A stretch of DNA of 64,000 bases from Novakomyces olei (lineage: Eukaryota): NCBI GenBank assembly GCA_016906335.1, contig JADEYG010000004.1:124001-188000 (forward strand), in the 5' to 3' direction. Of this stretch, positions 36,238-47,907 are shown piece after piece. Position 1 is the first letter of the stretch, and each line of letters opens with the position of its first letter. The notes under the pieces were generated by a model that was not told the origin of the DNA, did not search any database, and worked only from the letters and a program-made list of their open reading frames with translations. Position numbers and translations under genes: made by a program.

Positions 36238-37923
36238 TTACTCTCCCAAATCCATGTCATCACGAGACCGTTTCTTCGACGATGCCCGTTTCCCAGCTTT
36301 ATCGTCCCGCCGGGAATGACGCTCTTTCATTTCTAAAATAGCGGCTCTTGAAGCCTCGGTTACTTGCTCATTCAGAGCCATTACTTCCGCCTTGTCTGCA
36401 TGAAACTCGTCCATTTTCCGGCCCAGGGCAGTTTCGATTCGCAGATAAAGTTCCAAATCATACTGAGTGACAAGCGCTATCGATTTGCCAGCCCGACCGG
36501 CTCGAGCAGTTCGCCCTACTCGATGGATATAGGCCTTTGAATCAGTAGGAATATCATAGTTTATAACACAATCCACCGCCGGGATATCTAGACCTCGTGC
36601 GGCCACGTCTGTCGCCACAAGGATAGTGCGAGCACCAGCCCGGAATTTTTGTAAAGCACCGAGCCGAGCGCTCTGCGACATTTGCCCGTGCAAAGCAATC
36701 GCAGGAAACCCCAAATGCCTCAGCAAAATCGCTACTCTCTCTGTATCGTTGCACGTACGGGCAAAAATGATCATTGTCTGACCTGACATTTCGTTGGCCA
36801 GGTAGACGACGTACGTGTCCTTGTATTTAAAGGGGAAAAAGATATAAGACTGAAGTAAAGTGGAAGCAGTCGAGTACTTTGTGGAAACAGCTACTCGCAC
36901 AGGTTTAACCAACGAGGCACGCTGTAACTTTTCCACTTTTGATGTCATCGTAGCAGAAAAAAGCATGGTATTGCGTTCTGTAGGCAGCAGCCGAAGAATA
37001 CGATCAATCACGGGCCCAAAATCAAGGTCTAGTAGCTTGTCTGCCTCGTCCATGACCAGATACTTTACGGATTTTAGGGAAAAGCCTTTTGTATGTTCCA
37101 GGTGGTCGTTCAGTCGGCCCGGAGTACATACTAAAATATGAGGCTTCTTGTTTAGAGCGACCGCTTGTGCCACCATATCCATGCCGCCAACAATAACGAC
37201 ACTCCTAACTCCCATACCCCCACCTAGAGCCTCAAACTGTTCACTGATCTGGTAGGCTAGTTCACGAGTGGGGGCCAGCACAACTGCAAAGAGCGGGCTC
37301 GGTTTCTCCCACAGAGCCTGGAGAATAGGAAGAGCAAAAGCGGCGGTCTTACCTGACCCGGTCTGAGCAAGTCCAATTACATCGCGACCCTCTAACGCTA
37401 GCGGGATCGCTTCTTCTTGGATCGGAGTCGGTGCCTTGAACGATAGTTTTTCACACGCCTCACAAAGCTCCGGGATCACGCCCTAGATTAAATTAGTCTA
37501 AACTCAAAGCAAAGATTACATCATGAAAACACGATCCCAAATCTCCTTTTTATTTATATTATATAATATTATATTTATTTTCTTTTTTTGATTTTTGTTT
37601 TTAAAAGGTCGACCTTTCTCGTACGTCCATACCAATTGCGCAAACGTTTTAGAAGGACCTTTGGCCTCTGGCGTAGCTTCTGACTGCTCAGCTGTAGCCT
37701 TCGCTTGTTCTCCGTCTGAAGGCGAAGTTGCCCGAGGAGATTGACTGCCGTGTCGCTCTTTGCCATTATCAATCACAGTCTCGTCTTTCTCCGACGGCTT
37801 TGATTTGCCCGCATCTGGCGACAGCACAGATTTAGGGTTTCTGGCTAAGTTTACCGCCTTCCCCGGTTTGTGTGTCTTTTCCGGCTTTCGGCTTTTGTCT
37901 CGTTCAGTACCTTTGGCGACCAT
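36238..37923 (-). CDS. RRP3: DEAD-box rRNA helicase Rrp3/DDX47 (2 exons)
   Basis: [16 protein letters not shown] after splicing 37631-37483, then [21 protein letters not shown] and [12 protein letters not shown]. Confidence 0.95.
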
Positions 37924-38121
37924 CGTGCGTGGTCAGAAGAGGTATCGATAAAAATTCATAGGCGAGCACAAAAAAAATATTTATTTAGTAACTCTTGAAA
38001 TATTCAAATTCGAATAAAAATAATTTTTTTGGAGATATTGAATGTATATATTAATATATAATAGAAAAAAGAAATTATACACTAAAATTATCGATCAATT
38101 GCCATTTCAAAAAGCTTCAGG

Positions 38122-39714
38122 ATGGGAGGAATAGGCAAAAAGAGGGTAAGCCAGTCTTTACCTTGTGAATAAAAGCTGATAAATGGTAGCGCAAGCAGCG
38201 AACTCATGTCGTCCCTGACGATACGATTAATGGACAGAAAATCCCAAAGTCTGTAAGTTTGCTATCGAACGTATGGAGTAGTCTAACCCAATCTTCAGAT
38301 GGTGATACGCACAAATGCAGCAGAAATCGGTCGCAGTGTCAGTGCGCTTACGAGGGACTTTCGTCGTATGATGGAGCCTCATACCGCGTCAAAGCTGAGG
38401 GTATTCTTTGCCCGTACATTATTCACGTGATTTTATTATTGCATTTGTTTGGCTTGTTGGATTTTTTTTGGCTTGCTTGATATATACCCAATCTATTTCC
38501 CTCCTTTAATTCTTTTAGATTTGTGGTCTTTTTTGTACTTTTGAAACCCATTGCCAGAGTCTTGTACAATTCTTCAACAATCCCGAATACTTATCGTCTA
38601 ATCTCTGATCCTCGTTCTTTTAAACCAGCCTGATACTAATAAACAGGAACGTAAAAACAACAGACTGAGAGACTTTGTTTCCATGTCTGGTCCACTCGGC
38701 GTTTCTCATTTAATTCTCTTTTCCCGCAGCGATCGTGGTCCTAATATGCGAATAGTAAAGGCACCGCATGGTCCTACTCTTCATTTCTCTATTGAGTCAT
38801 ACATGCTTAGCAAAGATGTTCGACGCCTGCAAAAGCACCCGCGATCGCCTGGTGCTGAATTTCTGACCCCGCCGCTTCTGGTTTTGGATAATTTCAAGGC
38901 TCACGGGGGCCGTGAACACCCAGAGGAAACTCTACTCACTTCAATACTGCAAAACATGTTTCCACCTTTAGCGCCAGACACAACAACTCTTGCTTCTATT
39001 AAACGGGTCATATTGCTAAGGAAAAACGAGGACGGAAAAATAGAGTTGCGTCACTACGCAATTACGTTTAAAAATGTGGGAAATTCTCGGCCCGTCAGGA
39101 AAGCCGTCTCCTCCAATGCTAAACAAGTACCAAACTTACACGATGTCGCAGATATTAGCGAGTACGTTTTGCATGGGCGCGGTATTAATGCCGTCTCTGA
39201 TTCAGAGGTGGATGAGGACGCAAAATTGGTGGAGGTCAAAAAGGAGGAAGACGACGAGGACGCGCTAAACGGCTCTTTATCAGGTCCGGAAAAGCACAAA
39301 GCATCACCAATAACAAGGCAAAAGGCGGTGCGTCTTACAGAGATTGGGCCACGAATTACTATGCGCCTGACCAAAGTGATGGAGGGTATAAGTGACGGCA
39401 AAGTCCTTTACCATTCTACTATCCATAAATCAGAGCAGCAAATCCAGCAGATGGACGATGCTCATGCAAAGGCACGTGCTCTCAAGGCGAAACGTAAGCG
39501 GGAGCAAAACGAGAATGTTCGACGCAAACGCGAAGCATTAGAGGCAAAGAGGCAGAAAAGGCAAAAGCGAGGCTCAAAGGCAGGAGAAGAATTTACTGGA
39601 AAGCCAGAGGGAGGCAATGCCAGTGGAGAAAGTAGCCAAGAGGGCGAAAGCGAGTTTGACGACGAAGAACTCGATAATGATCTATATGACGACAGTGAAG
39701 AACTGGCCGACTAA
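38122..39714 (+). CDS. SSF1: Brix-domain ribosome biogenesis factor Ssf1/Peter Pan (4 exons)
   Basis: Spliced MGGIGKKR-RKQRTH..IPKS-MVIR..DFRRMMEPHTASKLR-ERKNNRLRDFVSMSGPLGVSH..PHGPTLHF..KAVRLTEIGPRITMRL. Confidence 0.93.
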
Positions 39715-40260
39715 GAGTCAGGCGGAATAAAATGTATCAGTTTAGACCAGCGAGTGCGGGCTAAGAGTATTGGATGATTATATTGGGAGTATTTTAGAGT
39801 ATTCGACAGGTGTCCAACAACAGTGTCCAGGAACGTAGTGAGAGGTAGTAGAAACTGCAAAAGAAACGTTCAAGGCTCAGATTCAGTATTGTATTGCTTT
39901 CTTGGGCCTACGCTACCGCGTCAACGCAAGATCACGTATATTTGATGGATTTGGCTCATTTTAACGGTCTACACTATCCAACGAGACAGTCTAATCAAAC
40001 GCGCTGTATATCCATCCACTATACTTTAATCATATTAATAAAAATATATATAGTACTAGTATTAAAAAATATATTTATAAATCATATAAAATAATATATA
40101 TAAAAAATATACAAAACTATTTCTAAACAATACATGAACAATATTCAGTATTATATTCAGTATTATTCATTTATTGATTTTATAAATAAATAAAGCTAAT
40201 AATATAGATCGATATATAGCGAATCTTCGTCGTACGTAACCAGAGCAAACACTCGTCATC

Positions 40261-42015
40261 ATGTCGACGCTCGAGGATTTGGCAGCAATGGAGCAAGACG
40301 GCGCCGGAGGCGGTGATCAGCCGGCAAAAGACGGTAAAGACGGAGCCGGTGAAGGCGGCGGCGGTTCTGGAGGCGAAAGAAACCAGCAGCAGGATGGTGA
40401 CGCGGACATGCAGGGACAGGAAGAAGAAGAAGATTTGGATCGGGAGGTTTTGAACGCGAGCGCAGAAGAAATAGTGAACCGTACCCGCCTCCTCGATAAT
40501 GAGATCAGAGTATGATTTTGCCTGATTTTGCCTGATTTTGCCTTTATATATGCCTTTGCTTTGTATTGGAGACGAGTCCATTGATTGTTCTGCCACTGAC
40601 CTTTACTAACTCTGCAGATTATGCGGTCAGAGTATCAGCGGCTCACTCATGAGAAATCGACAATGAATGAACGGATCAAAGATAATGAGGACAAAATCCA
40701 AAACAACAAGCAGCTTCCGTACCTCGTTGGCAATGTAGTGGAGATTCTTGATATCGATCCTGTGGCGGAAGCAATTGAGGAAGGTGCTAATGTCGACGAG
40801 GACGCAGCACGTGCGGGCAAATCTGCTGTAATAAAAACGTCAACTAGGCAGACTATATTTCTACCACTCGTGGGCCTAGTCGATCCGGAAGATTTGAAGC
40901 CGGGCGATCTTATTGGCGTAAACAAGGACTCGTATCTCATCCTGGACAAGCTGCCCTCCGAGTATGACAGTCGTGTGAAGGCTATGGAGGTGGATGAAAA
41001 ACCTACAGAAACTTATGGCGATATCGGAGGACTGGAGAAGCAGATTGAAGAGCTGGTTGAGGCTATTGTGCTGCCCATGCAGCATGCAGAAAAGTTTCAA
41101 GCACTGGGCATCAAAGCTCCAAAGGGTAGGCATTCTGATTTTTAGAGCGTCTGCTTTAACAGACGGGTTCTTTTTGTTTTTGTTTCCATTGGACTTTTAC
41201 TTTACCTTCTTTATTGTATTTACTCGCCATTTTTTACTCGACATTTTCTATTTCAATATCTTTGACTTCAACATTTTCTTTTCAACATTCAACATTATCT
41301 ATTATTATTCTATGAATACTTTCTTCAATATTTTTTCGATCTCTTCAACTTACACCAAGGCGCCCTAATGTACGGCCCCCCCGGCACGGGAAAAACGCTG
41401 CTTGCACGTGCTTGTGCGGCTCAAACAAATGCAACATACTTGAAGCTTGCAGCACCGCAGCTTGTGCAAATGTTTATCGGTGACGGGGCTAAACTTGTTC
41501 GTGACGCCTTTGCATTGGCAAAGGAAAAAGCGCCAGCGATCATATTTATAGACGAGCTGGACGCGATTGGAACAAAACGGTTTGACTCGGATAAGAGTGG
41601 TGATCGTGAAGTTCAGCGGACAATGTTGGAGCTTTTAAACCAGCTCGACGGGTTCGGCAGCGATGATCGAGTAAAAGTAATTGCAGCTACAAATCGAGTG
41701 GATACTCTTGATCCTGCGCTGTTGCGCAGTGGCCGATTGGATCGAAAGATTGAGTTCCCTTTGCCGTCAGAGGAAGCCAGAGCAGGTATCTTACAGATCC
41801 ATTCGCGCAAGATGGTCACTGACCCCAACATCAACTGGGCCGAATTAGCTGCGAGCACGGACGAGTACAACGGCGCCATGCTGAAGAGCGTCTGCGTTGA
41901 AGCCGGTATGATTGCGCTGCGACAGGGCGAATCTAAAGTGACCCACGAGAATTTTATGGAGGGCATAAACGACGTGCTAATGCGGAAATCAAAGACTTTG
42001 CAGTACTATGCATAA
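40261..42015 (+). CDS. RPT5: 26S proteasome AAA-ATPase Rpt5 (3 exons)
   Basis: [56 protein letters not shown] and the C-terminal HbYX motif YYA. Confidence 0.97.
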
Positions 42016-42816
42016 ACCTTATAAACTGGTGTTTATAGTGAATGGATGATACGCTGAATATCATTTCAAGAAATTTATTAAAAACTTTTTTGTTTTCTCA
42101 AACGTAGAGAAACTAACGTAGAGAAACTAAACCTCAGCATGAACTGTTAAATAGAACCAAACTGTACTTTGCACTTGAATTACCGCACAAACACTGTGTA
42201 AAGACATTATAAAAATATAGAGTTGAATATGGCAAAAAAGATTAAACCAAAGGAGATAAGGTGAACGGTCAACATGGCGAATTGCTGTAGTGAACCGGAT
42301 TTTGCACAGGACAGAACGTGACAGGACAGAACGTGAAAAAAAAAAAAAAAAAGATTAAAAGTCAAAATATTTCAAAATCATAAAGCTAGTTTGCGACACA
42401 CCGCGGCTGGCGTTGGCTTGATTCGCAAATTCTAGCTTCATTCTGCTTGTATTTTTTTCGATTGTTTTACTTTTATTTTCATGTATATTCTACTGGGCAG
42501 AGCAGCCTGACCAATTCTCGACCCGGCCGTGCTTGCACAGGAAAGCCTGCCTTGAACCAATCGAAATAAAGTCTCAATTGAAGCCATGTTTACGGCAAAA
42601 CGAGTTTACGACAGCACGATCCCTTTCCCCGCTTGAAGTCCCCTGCTTGAAGAGAGGAGGACAGGGCCATAAACAAAACAGTTGTTTTCCCACAAAGTCG
42701 AAACCAGTAACCGAGATCCAAGTAAGACCGGCCGGTACAACCCCCAGTCAGGTGGCCTTTTCGAACCCAACGAGGGTCATTGACGAGGGCCAATGACGAA
42801 GGTCATTGGGTCCTCG

Positions 42817-44559
42817 TTAACCCGCCAAAGCAGGTCCTCCCCAAGCCATACACGGCCGGGGCGCCATGCACGTAATCCCACCCCAGGAATCCCGGTAATA
42901 AGAGGTCAGTTTATTCGAAGCCAAAGGCCGATGGTTCTGCAGAGAAGGGGGATAGTTTTGAGGGCATTGTGGGGGACAATGGGGCGGGAAGTGCTGCTGC
43001 TGTGGCTGAGGAGGCTGGTTGATAGCAGCAGATAGGTGAGAAGGGTAGACGAGCTTTTGGTTGTAAAAAGGCAGTGTAATCAGCGGCTCGCCTCTGCCAC
43101 GACGGGTATCAAAGGCAGGCAGAGTGTTGGCCGAGGGTTGGACAAACAGAGGCAGCGAAGAGCTGCCTCCAGAATTAGACGGCTGAATAGACGGCTGAAT
43201 AGACGGCTGAATAGACGCCTGAATAGACGCCTGAAAATTATTGGCAAAGCTCATAGACGAAGCCAAGTTTAAAGGCGGCGGTTGAGAATGAGAATGAGGA
43301 TGAGGGTGAGGATGAGGATGAAAGACGGCAGGATTCTGTGGAAAAGAAACAAAGCACGGCGGCTGGTCGCATCTGACCTGCTGCTGTTGGGCCAAGTGTG
43401 AAGCGGGCGAGTAAGGCGGGCTAAGGCACTGCTGATCGTCGCTGCTGCTTCGACCAGGCAGCAAATAATCTGCCCCATAACCCGCTCTTGCACCCTGGTC
43501 TCGGGAGAAGGAGAGCCATGACGAGAACCAGCGCCAAAAATCTTCATGGTACTTGCCTCCTCGGCCGATGGATTGCTTGTCGAGGCAGAGACTGAACCGT
43601 ATTTTACGGAGCCATTCCATCTCGAGCGAAGAGACTTCTCGCAGAGGGATCCCCGTCACATCAGACCAGGATTTGTTGGTGAACGTGTTGTCGTCGAGGT
43701 ACTTGTTGGCCAGTACGAGAGCAGTGGCCAGCAGCCGGTAGGGAGTCTTTGGCTCACGGAACAAAGAGTCGCTGGCGATCAAAGAGGCATCTCCGCCTCC
43801 GTAGTGGAACTCTTGCACCAGCAACTGCAGCCGCCTCTCCACGTACACAAGACCGGCCATTAGCGTACTCGCAGGCAGACGCGTACTCGCCAGAATCTGG
43901 TTGACAAACTTGAGAAACGCAGGACTGCACTGTCCCGTGGGAGGAGCGTTGCTGGACTTGTATGGGCCACTGCCGATACTCTTCGTCGCTGTTGAGCACA
44001 GTAGAGGGATAACATCAGCATACAGGCTAAATACCCTGTTTGCCAGCCAGTCTGTCATGACATCCATATCGTAATCCAGCTCTTTGGATATTCCTCCAGC
44101 GGCCGCTGAGGGAGCAGCTGGCCTTACAGCGTCCATTTTACTACTGCCTGGACGCTGTGTACTGTCCCGGCAAAGATCAGACAGCGGAGGTATAGTATAG
44201 CTCGGCGGTTGCTGAGATATGCTGTAATTCACCATTGACGGAGGGTTGTGAGCAGCATAGATTGGAGGCTGCTGCTGCTGCTGATGGTGACGGTGAGGAA
44301 GAGGAGGAGGAGGAGGCAGATACTGGGGATAAACTTTGTTGCCTGAATGCCAACCATCTGCCGCTTCTTGCGACCTATAGTCCGGAATTACACCAAACTC
44401 GTTGGGCACTGGCCCCGGTTCTTGCCGAGCAGGAGCAAGTGAATGAAAACTGCCGGCTACCCCGTCCGGTCCACTGTACACTGGGCAATAGTCCCAGGGC
44501 GAAAGCGGGATAGGCTCAGAGAGCGGCAGAGGGCACCCACGGCTGTGGTGAGCGTACAT
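42817..44559 (-). CDS. CLG1: Pho85-type cyclin, Clg1/Mug80-like
   Basis: LDYDMDVMTDWL, FLKFVNQILASTRLP.ST and LANKYLDDNTFTNKSWSDVTG..LEMEWL form the cyclin box. Confidence 0.85.
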   Translation of the reverse strand: MYAHHSRGCPLPLSEPIPLSPWDYCPVYSGPDGVAGSFHSLAPARQEPGPVPNEFGVIPDYRSQEAADGWHSGNKVYPQYLPPPPPLPHRHHQQQQQPPIYAAHNPPSMVNYSISQQPPSYTIPPLSDLCRDSTQRPGSSKMDAVRPAAPSAAAGGISKELDYDMDVMTDWLANRVFSLYADVIPLLCSTATKSIGSGPYKSSNAPPTGQCSPAFLKFVNQILASTRLPASTLMAGLVYVERRLQLLVQEFHYGGGDASLIASDSLFREPKTPYRLLATALVLANKYLDDNTFTNKSWSDVTGIPLREVSSLEMEWLRKIRFSLCLDKQSIGRGGKYHEDFWRWFSSWLSFSRDQGARAGYGADYLLPGRSSSDDQQCLSPPYSPASHLAQQQQVRCDQPPCFVSFPQNPAVFHPHPHPHPHSHSQPPPLNLASSMSFANNFQASIQASIQPSIQPSIQPSNSGGSSSLPLFVQPSANTLPAFDTRRGRGEPLITLPFYNQKLVYPSHLSAAINQPPQPQQQHFPPHCPPQCPQNYPPSLQNHRPLASNKLTSYYRDSWGGITCMAPRPCMAWGGPALAG

Positions 44560-45420
44560 GCTGCAAAATCGAGCAAAACAAGCAGGACTGAAGGTTTAAT
44601 GATCAGTAGAGTAAGTGCTGATCGAGTCGGCCAGTTTTAGCGTATCAAACCAATAATCTGACCGTCTCTTAATCTGGAAAATCTCAAAACTGGTCAATCT
44701 CAAATCCGATCGCGATCAGACTTGTGCTAATCGCCTTTATACTATTCCCTTGAATTGTATCCTTGAATATTATCCTCGAATCGAGACTCAGCGGTTGCTG
44801 ACCGAGCAGTCCCACGGACAAGTCACGAGTTTCAAGAGAGGTTTCCGAGAGAGTAACGGCAGTCAGAGCACTGAGCGCAAGTTCAGCTAGAAAAAGTACA
44901 AAAACTGCAGCGGGCAGATGAGAAAAAAAAGAAAGAAATATTAAAATGAAGCGTTAAGCAACTAGTAGACTAGCAGGCTAGTCGCTGATTTGTAGGTAAA
45001 AGACACAGCCGATAACTAAATGAATAGCTCGGTAGATCAGCGGTAAACAGCCTGACAAAGTGCCGTTCGCAAGACGGACGGCTCTGTATTCTCGGCCTAA
45101 TAGATCACGCACTAGATCGAGCGCGAGTGCCAGTAGAATAAAAGCGACCACGGTCTGCCAGTGACACGAGATTAAGCGTCGACTAGGATTGATTGCTGCC
45201 GGCAATATATTGTTGCAGGCAGAAGCAAAACCCTCGACTGCCGTCTCCCACTTTGTATTTGCCACGGCGTTGGAAATATTTTTATTTTTAATTTTTCATC
45301 ATCTATTATTTATCAACAAATTACTTGCAAGTGACATACGTGTACTCGCTCCATGATTTGATACGTGTACATTGCTAAAGGAGTATGCAGACGCGTGAAT
45401 AACGTATTACAGGGCGGTAG

Positions 45421-45489
<69 letters not shown>

Positions 45490-45509
45490 TATTATTATTA
45501 TTATTATTA
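45421..45509. repeat. (AAT)n followed by (ATT)n, forming an AT palindrome
   Basis: The run switches orientation at about 45488/45489. Confidence 0.92.
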
Positions 45510-45880
45510 CAGACTTGATGAAAGCAATCTAGTGTGCAGCTTTGATAGACTACTGAATTATCCTGCAAACCTACGACTCGTCAGCCTATGAAAATACAAT
45601 TTAATGTGCCATTTTATTGGTCGCGTATGCAATGCAGTACAGCAAACTCGAATCGGTATTATACATCTATGTTTGTCCAATATTGAGATTGCCGATATTG
45701 GAATCGTCGGTAGTGAGGAGGAGCCACAATTGAGGATAGTATTCCTCGCTGGACAGTCCAACAAATTTTACGCCGATCGCTTGTCTATGACCTGCGGCCT
45801 ACATCCATATCCTAACCCATGCTCCCCCGGTCAGTTTTCCATATTTTCTTTTGCCCCCTGTGCATATAGCCCCATCGCTA

Positions 45881-47251
45881 TTATAGTCCCCACAGACTAG
45901 CCTGCTCCCTTGCCTGCCGTTCACGTACAGCCTTCAGTGTACCCGCGTCCAGTCCCTCCAGCACACGATCAGGCACGTCCGATAAATGTACACTTGCTCC
46001 CTCGCCGGGTACAATCAGCAGCCGAGTTTCAAGCCGGGGAACAGGGCAAGCATTACCGTCCGCTAAACGCTGCCATTTAACTCTACGGGGCTGGGTTGAA
46101 TTGGGTAAAAAAAGCAGATTTGTATGCGGCTCATAGTACGCACTGTCCCAGTGCTCGTGCCGCAAACGTGCCAGGCTCTGGTTGTACTCACTACTAGCAC
46201 TGGCGTGCTGGTACAGGTACTCCTTATCCTCCAGCAAAGGCCGTCGCCGACGACGAGCAGTGGCACTGACCAGGCCCAAATGCCGAGGAGGGGTGCCAAA
46301 CTCGGAGGCGTCTCGAGCAGAATCAGCCGCGTACCAGGCAACGTACTGGTTGCGATTATAAGGCACTCCTGGCGGAGGCAGTTTATCGTAAGGATCAGCT
46401 AGTTCTCCCTCTCCGCCCCTTCGTCTCCGACGGGCTTCCGTTTCAAAGTAATCGTCGACTACACGTCGACCGCCCACGATTATACGTGCGCCCAGCTCCT
46501 TGAAGATACTGCGGGCAGTAACGAGAGCGATAGACCGATTACGGTAGGAAGCAGGGATAATATTACGCTCCACCAAGTCGTCCTTTTCCGCTTCACTTAT
46601 GTAAACTTTTCGCAGCCTCCGAAAGCGCGTAAACATGAGGTACGCGTCACGGTACCCACCGCACCGAGCTGGCTCGGCAGCCAGCATATAAAGGCGGTTG
46701 CCTCTGTTCAGAGTCGTGAATGTCCGGCAGCGGTATTCCCGGCCACCGTTCAGGTACCCATAAGCGTTCACTTTAGCATCGCCCAGTGGATCGCTACTCC
46801 CATCCACAACGTACTCGTCATCCACGACGGGGAAGGGCTCATCGCTCGGCGATTCCCGGGAAAGAGTGCCGCTGTCACGGAAGGCAGGTCTACGCGATAA
46901 CCTCGTCTGCCGTCGTTGAGGCTTACGCGAGTCTTCTTCCTCTGTGAAAAACTGTGGAGTAGAGACTTCTCGAGAAGCCGCATCGTCGTCCTCTACTTCT
47001 ACTTCTACTTCTACTTCCTCTTCGTCTCCTCTGCCTCTTTCTCCTCCATCGCCGTACTGCTCTTCCTCATCAACCTCGTCAATCTCTCCTTCGTCCAATT
47101 CCTCATCGCTCACTTGACGCGAAGACAGTGCCGATCTGCTGCGCACTCGATTGGCCGTCGTGTACTCGCTCCGGCCACTACGCTTTGCATCATTGTCGCC
47201 CTCGCGTCGGACGGGAGTAGACCACCGTCCAGACCGACGTCGCATCTGCAT
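45881..47251 (-). CDS. RSC7: RSC/SWI-SNF subunit Rsc7/Swp82 family
   Basis: DPLGDAKV..G.LNGGREYRCRTFT..RLYMLAAEPAR..GYRDAYL.F..VTARSIFKELGARII.GG..V.DDY after an acidic N-terminus. Confidence 0.88.
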   Translation of the reverse strand: MQMRRRSGRWSTPVRREGDNDAKRSGRSEYTTANRVRSRSALSSRQVSDEELDEGEIDEVDEEEQYGDGGERGRGDEEEVEVEVEVEDDDAASREVSTPQFFTEEEDSRKPQRRQTRLSRRPAFRDSGTLSRESPSDEPFPVVDDEYVVDGSSDPLGDAKVNAYGYLNGGREYRCRTFTTLNRGNRLYMLAAEPARCGGYRDAYLMFTRFRRLRKVYISEAEKDDLVERNIIPASYRNRSIALVTARSIFKELGARIIVGGRRVVDDYFETEARRRRRGGEGELADPYDKLPPPGVPYNRNQYVAWYAADSARDASEFGTPPRHLGLVSATARRRRRPLLEDKEYLYQHASASSEYNQSLARLRHEHWDSAYYEPHTNLLFLPNSTQPRRVKWQRLADGNACPVPRLETRLLIVPGEGASVHLSDVPDRVLEGLDAGTLKAVRERQAREQASLWGL

Positions 47252-47907
47252 TGATCCAACGAGTATTCTGTTTTATTATTAAATATGCAATATATAATTA
47301 AAAAATATAAATGATATTTCGTAAATAGTAAAATAAAGAATAATAAATCTGCCATATTAAAAATCTACAATATTAACAAATACAATATTAGCAAATCTGC
47401 AATATTAACAAATACAATATTAGCAAATCTGCAATATTAACAAATAATAAAGAAAATAGCCAAAGCATCGAAACATGTGCAATTTTATAGAAATAGAATA
47501 AACTTGGCGATAGAGATAGAGGTTGAGTAAATCCAGTCCATTCAAGCTGCTCGTAGTTTTACAGTTGGTATAGTATGAATATTATATAGTGACTTTTATA
47601 CATTGAGTTCTACACAGACAATTCTATATAGTCAGTTCTATGAGTTCTTATAGTCAGTTTTTAAGTGCGTTCTATGAGTTCTATAGTCAGTTCTATAGTC
47701 AGTTCTATACAGCCAATTTATATAGCTCAGTATTGTATAGGCAGTCAAGAGTCACTAATCAGCTTCAGCTCAGTCCACCCAACGTTGCCAAACTCCCTCG
47801 TTCACATTTGCAGAGCCGAAAAGCAGCGGTATTACGTGTGAGATCAGCGGCTCAGAGTCACAATATGCGCATTAGCGGGTCGAGCTAAAATTGGAAGCGG
47901 CCGCAAA

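Noticed and set aside
41368-41420. Alternative CUG decoding
   Set aside because: CTG occupies a conserved Leu (Rpt5 GKTLLARA), consistent with the standard code.
42745-42780. tRNA-like TTCGAACCC
   Set aside because: No pairing T-stem, D-arm or acceptor stem.
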